DNA from: Ptychomitrium polyphyllum
Lineage: Eukaryota
Length of the DNA stretch: 64,000 nt
Reading direction: 5' to 3'
NCBI GenBank assembly: GCA_973851085.1
Contig: OZ316775.1
Span: 22,506,001 to 22,570,000 of the forward strand
Shown: positions 58,791-64,000 of the stretch, piece after piece
How the letters are laid out: each line of letters starts with the position of its first letter
How positions within the stretch are numbered: the first letter of the stretch is position 1
The notes under the pieces: model-generated
Told to the model about the DNA's origin: nothing
Database searches by the model: none
Seen by the model: the letters and a program-made list of their open reading frames with translations, nothing else
Made by a program: the position numbers and the translations under genes

Positions 58791-59150
58791 TCTCTAGGTT
58801 GAATTTTGATTAATCCATAAATACATGCAATTCCATCTTCAACTAATACCACTTTGACAAATTCATCCACTTTGTTCTAATAATATAGATAGTTTTGTTG
58901 AGTGGTATCAATTGGAGATGGAATTGCACATGTTTATAGATTAAACAAGATTCAATCTAGAAGAATGGTTGAATTTGCTAGCAGTATGAAAAGAACAGCT
59001 TTGAATCTAAAAAATGAGAATATAGGAATTGTTATATTTGGTAGTGATTTTGCAATTATAGAAGGAAACATTGTCAAACGCATTAGATCTACTGTGGGTG
59101 TTCATGAGGGAAAGACCCTGTTAAGGCGTGTAGTTGATGCCTTAGGAATA
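58791..59150 (+). pseudogene. atp1: Nuclear insertion of a mitochondrial atp1 5' fragment (NUMT) with inverted partial duplicate
   Basis: 58902-59150 reads VVSIGDGIAHVYRLNKIQS..MVEFASSMKRTALNLKNENIGIVIFGSDFAIIEGNIVKR..LLRRVVDALG, which is mitochondrial ATP synthase alpha type rather than plastid atpA. 58791-58873 on the minus strand reads KVDEFVKVVLVEDGIACIYGLIKIQPR. Confidence 0.9.
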
Positions 59151-59219
59151 TCTTTTTTTTTCTTTTATAATTTCTTCTTTTCTTTTTTTTTCTTTTATAA
59201 TTTCTTCTTTTCTTCTTTT
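59151..59219. repeat. Tandem duplication of a ~30-bp pyrimidine-rich unit at the NUMT 3' junction
   Basis: tctttttttttcttttataatttcttcttt occurs twice in tandem. Confidence 0.85.
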
Positions 59220-60928
59220 TTGACATACCTTAAATTTTAGTAAGTGATGCCAGAATTTTTTCTTACAAACAAATTCTATGTTTGTCAACATGGTTTATAT
59301 TTTCTGAACAATAAAACCAAACGACACAAATACTGGAGGTGAGGTCAACCTTGCATGGTACTGTGCAAGAGTTTTGATAGGGCTTTATTGTAAGCAGCTT
59401 CCTTCTGTACTGGCAGCATTGACAAAAGAGTCAATTCGGGAATATATTCGTTTTGAAAAATTGTTGACAAGACATCGGTTCAAATATCAGAAATCTCAGT
59501 GAATCCCTAAACCTGCAGTAGCCTGCAACACAGAATTTTTTTTTTCCGAACCTCTGATCTTCAGGGATATCATAAGGTTCCGCCCCGAGCTCCATATTCC
59601 AGTCCATTTCAGCGAATTTTTTGTTCACTGTGCCTTTTCAATCTCTGCTTTTCTTTCGCACAAAGCAAAGAAAGCAGGTAAACCCTCTGGAAACATTTTT
59701 CGGCTACCAAGCACAGAGCCACCAGCTGAAGATCATTACTTCTTCTTGAATGAATCATCATGAATAATGATAATATTTCTTTTTATAAAGAGAATATCTT
59801 GTTTTCTGCTTGATTCTACAAAATAACTACACAACGTGAAGATCTGTAAAGGTTACATACTATTTTGTTATAAATGGGCTCAGCCTGGAATTGATGAGCT
59901 ATATGGGTAACAGAAGTGAGTTCTGCACTGATTTCTACACGAATATGGTTGTGCACCTGCAGAGGCAGACGATGAGAGCAAAGGACATCTGAAAGTCCGG
60001 ACGGAAAAACTGCATACTGCCAATTTAGCGAGTCGCAAAGTGTACTGTCCCATATATCAACAATCTTTCTCTATGAATAGTCAAATTTACAGAGATGAAA
60101 TTGGTAACTCCTACATATTCACGTCCATGCCTTGGTTTACTCCTGTACTGCAGGGAACGATTAAAGAAAGCCTGAATGCAGCACTGAATTGGCGGTCAGA
60201 CAGGGAGCACAAGTAAACCAGCTTTTTTTAAGAGCTTCTTTTTCATAAGACTTTCAATCCAATAAGGCTATTAGGTAACAGGGAGAAACAAGACCTGTCA
60301 TCCATAAATTTTTAAAACTGAGAACTGCCACCTAATTCAAGCCGCGGTCAAGAATGAATATCAATACTGAATTGCTACTCAAACGCTGAAAAATACAAGC
60401 TTAGCTACAAGTACACAAAATTCCCAACCCACTAGATGAACACGAACACTTGGGCTACCTTCACTTGTAAGACTCGGCACCTCCAGGATCAGATACTAAA
60501 TTCTGTGACTCCTTTGAGAGATAGGGCAATCAATGCTCGGCAGTAACCAAAATTGTTGAAAGCTTTCGAAATACCTTTCGAGGGGTAATTACATACTGTA
60601 CACCGCCAAGTAGAGAAAATCAATTTCTTTGCTCAATGTCAGGGCACGTTGCTCTATATATGAAAAGAATTGTCCATTTTGAACCTTCATCAGCCGAGCT
60701 AACTCCTTATCTAGGACGAACTGTAGAGTGGTACTTTCCACAGCGTTTGTATTCAACTTGCTCCCAGCTCTAGAATTGCCATCTCGTCAGAGCCATGGAC
60801 CTGTTATTCTTTGCCAGATCTTAAAGGTCAGTGTTGAGAGGCCTGCTGATACCATGAGCCGTTACACAGTGTAACAGCTCGGTTCAGCTCGTGGACAAAG
60901 ATGCGAAGAGACAGAAAACTCCACATGA

Positions 60929-63900
60929 TTACCGGCCATCTGTCGAAGTGAAGGAGTCGGCAAACCCAAGTGGGCGGACAGGGATACTGGATTTGGAGTC
61001 GTCGAAACTTTGGGTCATGGTTGTATCACCTTCATACTCAAACTCCTGCCACTGTTTCAAGGCTTGAGGGAGAGAAAGCTCCCCATCTTCGCTGGAGCTA
61101 CAAGCTTCATCGCCGCCATGGTACCTGGTGGGCTTCCACTGCTCAACCAACGGTGCAAGCACGTTCACGACATGGCTCATGTCAGGACGTTGGTAAGGCT
61201 CGCGAGAAGTGCAATGGCCGGCCAGCTCAGCAACTATGGACATGGCCTTGTACGTCTCGTCATCTACGTTGATGGTGTGGTCCACTGCAGAACGGAAATC
61301 GTTCTTATTTTTGTTCATCATTCGCTGGAACCAGGTCACCAGATGCATGTTCTCCTCCAACTGGGTTTCATCTAGAGCTCGACGACCTGTTAAAAGCTCC
61401 ATCAACACTACTCCAAAGCTGAAAACGTCCGCCTTCGTCGTAACTCGGCCAGTGACTGCACCATCAAGCAGGGACAAGGCTGTTTAGATTTTGAGATGCA
61501 AATCACGTACTTGCAGAAGGTAATTTTATTTCTTAATAAGAAGTTAATTTGTATTTCGATTTGGGTGGGATTAAAAATTTAACTGACTGAGCATATTACC
61601 TGCATATTCAGGAGCTAAATATCCGAACGTTCCTGCCAGCCTCGTCTCCACAGAGAATTTCCCCTCCGGCGCTAGTTTGACAAGACCAAAATCCGAAACC
61701 TTCGCTCGAAAGTCTTCGGTCAACAAAATATTCGAAGGCTTCAAATCCCTGTGAATGAAGCTCCTGTGGGCTAAGTTATGGAGATACTCTATGCCACGGG
61801 CCACGTCAAGTGCAATAGCGAGCCTCATCGTCCATGTCAGTGGCTTCTCTTGCAACTCCCGGTACTCAAACAGATGCTGCGCAAGTGTGCCTTGCGGCAT
61901 GTACTCGTAAACCAAAAGCCTCTCGTTGCCATCCGCACAATAACCAAGAAGACCCACTAGATGTCGATGCTTCACTTTGGTTAGAACCGCAATTTCTGAC
62001 TGGAATTCATTCAAGCCTTTGCTGCTCACTACAGCTGCCTCCATCCTCTTGACGGCGATCTGGGTCCCGTCTTCAAGCTCTCCTCTGTAAACAACTCCAA
62101 ATCCTCCCCGACCAAGGATGTTTTGCTCCGAAAAGTTGTTCGTGACCACCCTAAGCATGGCAATGGACATGAACATGTTGCCCTGCTCCATAACCTGATG
62201 AAACAAAAACCTCAGTCAAACATCCTCCTCAAGCAAAATTTCATCAAAACCCTACACTGAAAAGAGTGAGATGATTCTTCGAAGAAGGGTCACCTGATGA
62301 TCATTTGAAGAAGTGCCGCTGTGGAGGCTGTCCCCATACGAGCTCACAGTAGCTTGATGGCTGGCGCTGCTGTAGCTGTGATCCACCATAACCTTCATCA
62401 GCTCGCTATCAGACCCGGAGTCCCCTCGTGGATGTATCGACATGCCATTCCCGGAGGATATCTTCCGCTTCCTTCGACACAAAAAGAAGACCAAGAGAAC
62501 AGCCAAAATGGCGACTACCACTCCACCTACAACTCCACCGATGACAGGTCCAATTGTAGACGTTTTGCTCGTCTGCTGTGAGCTTGAACCATACGAGGGA
62601 GACTCCACAGGGGATTCGTTTCCACCAGGGCTGGGCACAGTTCCACCCGGTGATGACTCAGGTGAGCCCGAAGGCGAAGTCCCGGACCCCGGTGGAGTTG
62701 CAACAGGTGTGTCAGTCAAGAAAGGATTACCAATGTACGTAAACTTCACAGTCGACGGGAACAGAGGCAGAGGGCCGGTGAGATTGTTGTTGCTAACATC
62801 CACCGTCTTAAGCGACGGCAGCGTGGTGAGCTCTGCAGGAACTGGTCCTGTGAGCGCATTCTTTGTGAGGACCAACGTGCTCAGGGATGTCAAATTCGCA
62901 AGAGATGGTGAGATTGTGCCTATGAGACCGTAAGATTGCAGAATAATGGACACGATTTGACCGGAAGTGGGATCACATGACACGCCTATCCAGCCACTGC
63001 ATGGATCCGGCCCGATCCATGTCACAGCAACTTGTTGAGGCCACCCTGCCGCCGCCAAAAAGTCCAACAACGAGTTCACTTTGGCTGAGCAGGGCTGCCC
63101 CGCTGCAGCGCAGAAAGTTGTGGAGTCGGCATTAACCACAGAGGGTGGAAACGCAGGAAGCTCACCGGTGAGCTTATTCTTCGCCATCAACGCTTCCGTT
63201 AAGCCCGCCAATCTAGCAAGGCCGAGGGGAAGCCGCCCAACGAGCTGGTTGTCATTAATCCGCAAGCTCAGCAAACCAGCGGCACTTGCTAACCCTACCG
63301 GCACAGGCCCGTAGAATTTGTTTACCTGCAACCACAAGAACTGGAGCCCAATCATCCCTCCCACAGCAGTGATACTACCATTCATCTGCTGGTTGTTGAG
63401 CTTCAACACCTGGATGCTGGAGCTCTGAAACGAGTCCGGGATGCCCCCCACCAAGCTATTGTAGGACGCTTCCAGCGTTCTGAGCGCCGGCAGAGTACCT
63501 AGAAACGCCGGTAGCGGCCCTGTGACGCTGGCATTCGTGACGGAGAGGATGGAGAGCGTCGTTGCGAGCTCCAGACTCGCAGGGATTCTCCAGCCACCAA
63601 CAGAGGCGTTCAATCTGGGGTTATTCTCGACGTGAAGCTCCACGATAGAGGTCAAACCATTGAAGCAACCTGCAGGTATGGAAGTGAAGTCATTGTCGTC
63701 AAGAAAAGCCGTCTGCAGCATTGACAACCCCGCGAGTGACGGCATCGCTCCTGTGAAGAAGTTGTAGTTGAGCTCCAGATACGTTAGCTTCGTGAGCTGA
63801 TTGAGCGTGGGTGTAACTTCCCCCGTGAGCCCCAACGCACGAACCCGAAGCTCCTGCACGTTTCCAGCTGCGTCGCATTTCACAAGCTTCGGGTTCCACA

Positions 63901-64000
63901 AACACGGATCAGGATCGTTCCATCCCAATCCCGCACTGTTCGTTATCCTTGCCTTGAACGCTTGCAGAACCAACCTGTCCCCCGCTGGATCCCCCACTAC
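60929..64000 (-). CDS. TMK: TMK-type (LRR-IX) leucine-rich repeat receptor-like kinase; N-terminus lies beyond the window
   Basis: Exons >64000-62294, 62194-61600, 61455-60929. Two LRR blocks split by a Cys non-LRR island (FC..GQPC..V..LL.F..W.GPDPC..W.GVSC), Ser/Pro stalk, [60 protein letters not shown]-terminal [15 protein letters not shown]. Confidence 0.96.

Noticed and set aside
58902..59240. Functional nuclear ATP synthase alpha gene or plastid atpA insertion
   Set aside because: Only a short N-terminal fragment with many Gly substitutions running into a poly-T tract, and residues match mitochondrial atp1.
62321..63905. Several 68-163 aa ORFs overlapping TMK exon 1
   Set aside because: Antisense or alternate-frame shadows in GC-rich coding sequence.

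Overview
Eukaryotic nuclear DNA from an early-diverging land plant, most likely a moss such as Physcomitrium. This is inferred from short GT-AG introns, a flagellar PACRG gene alongside plant RLKs, and AT-rich decayed LTR islands. Intact multi-exon genes: SEC14/CRAL-TRIO protein (+), VAD1-like GRAM-VASt protein (-), PACRG (+), strictosidine synthase-like protein (+), GILP/LITAF (+), RID1/DEAH10-like helicase (+) and a TMK-type LRR-RLK (-, cut by the window end). Single-exon CDSs: a DWNN-RING protein (-) and a Pro-rich type I membrane protein (+). Decayed elements: a PQQ/PVA-dehydrogenase-like pseudogene, a bulb-lectin receptor kinase pseudogene, LTR retrotransposon remnants and a mitochondrial atp1 insertion. 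The two most notable observations are (1) a small spliced gene at 12.3-13.4 kb joining a transit-peptide-like N-terminus to a domain resembling an uncharacterised prokaryotic restriction-endonuclease-like family (horizontal transfer candidate), and (2) an inverted duplication of the atp1 NUMT that forms a short hairpin. All family calls are from reading motifs by eye and from memory; no searches were run.
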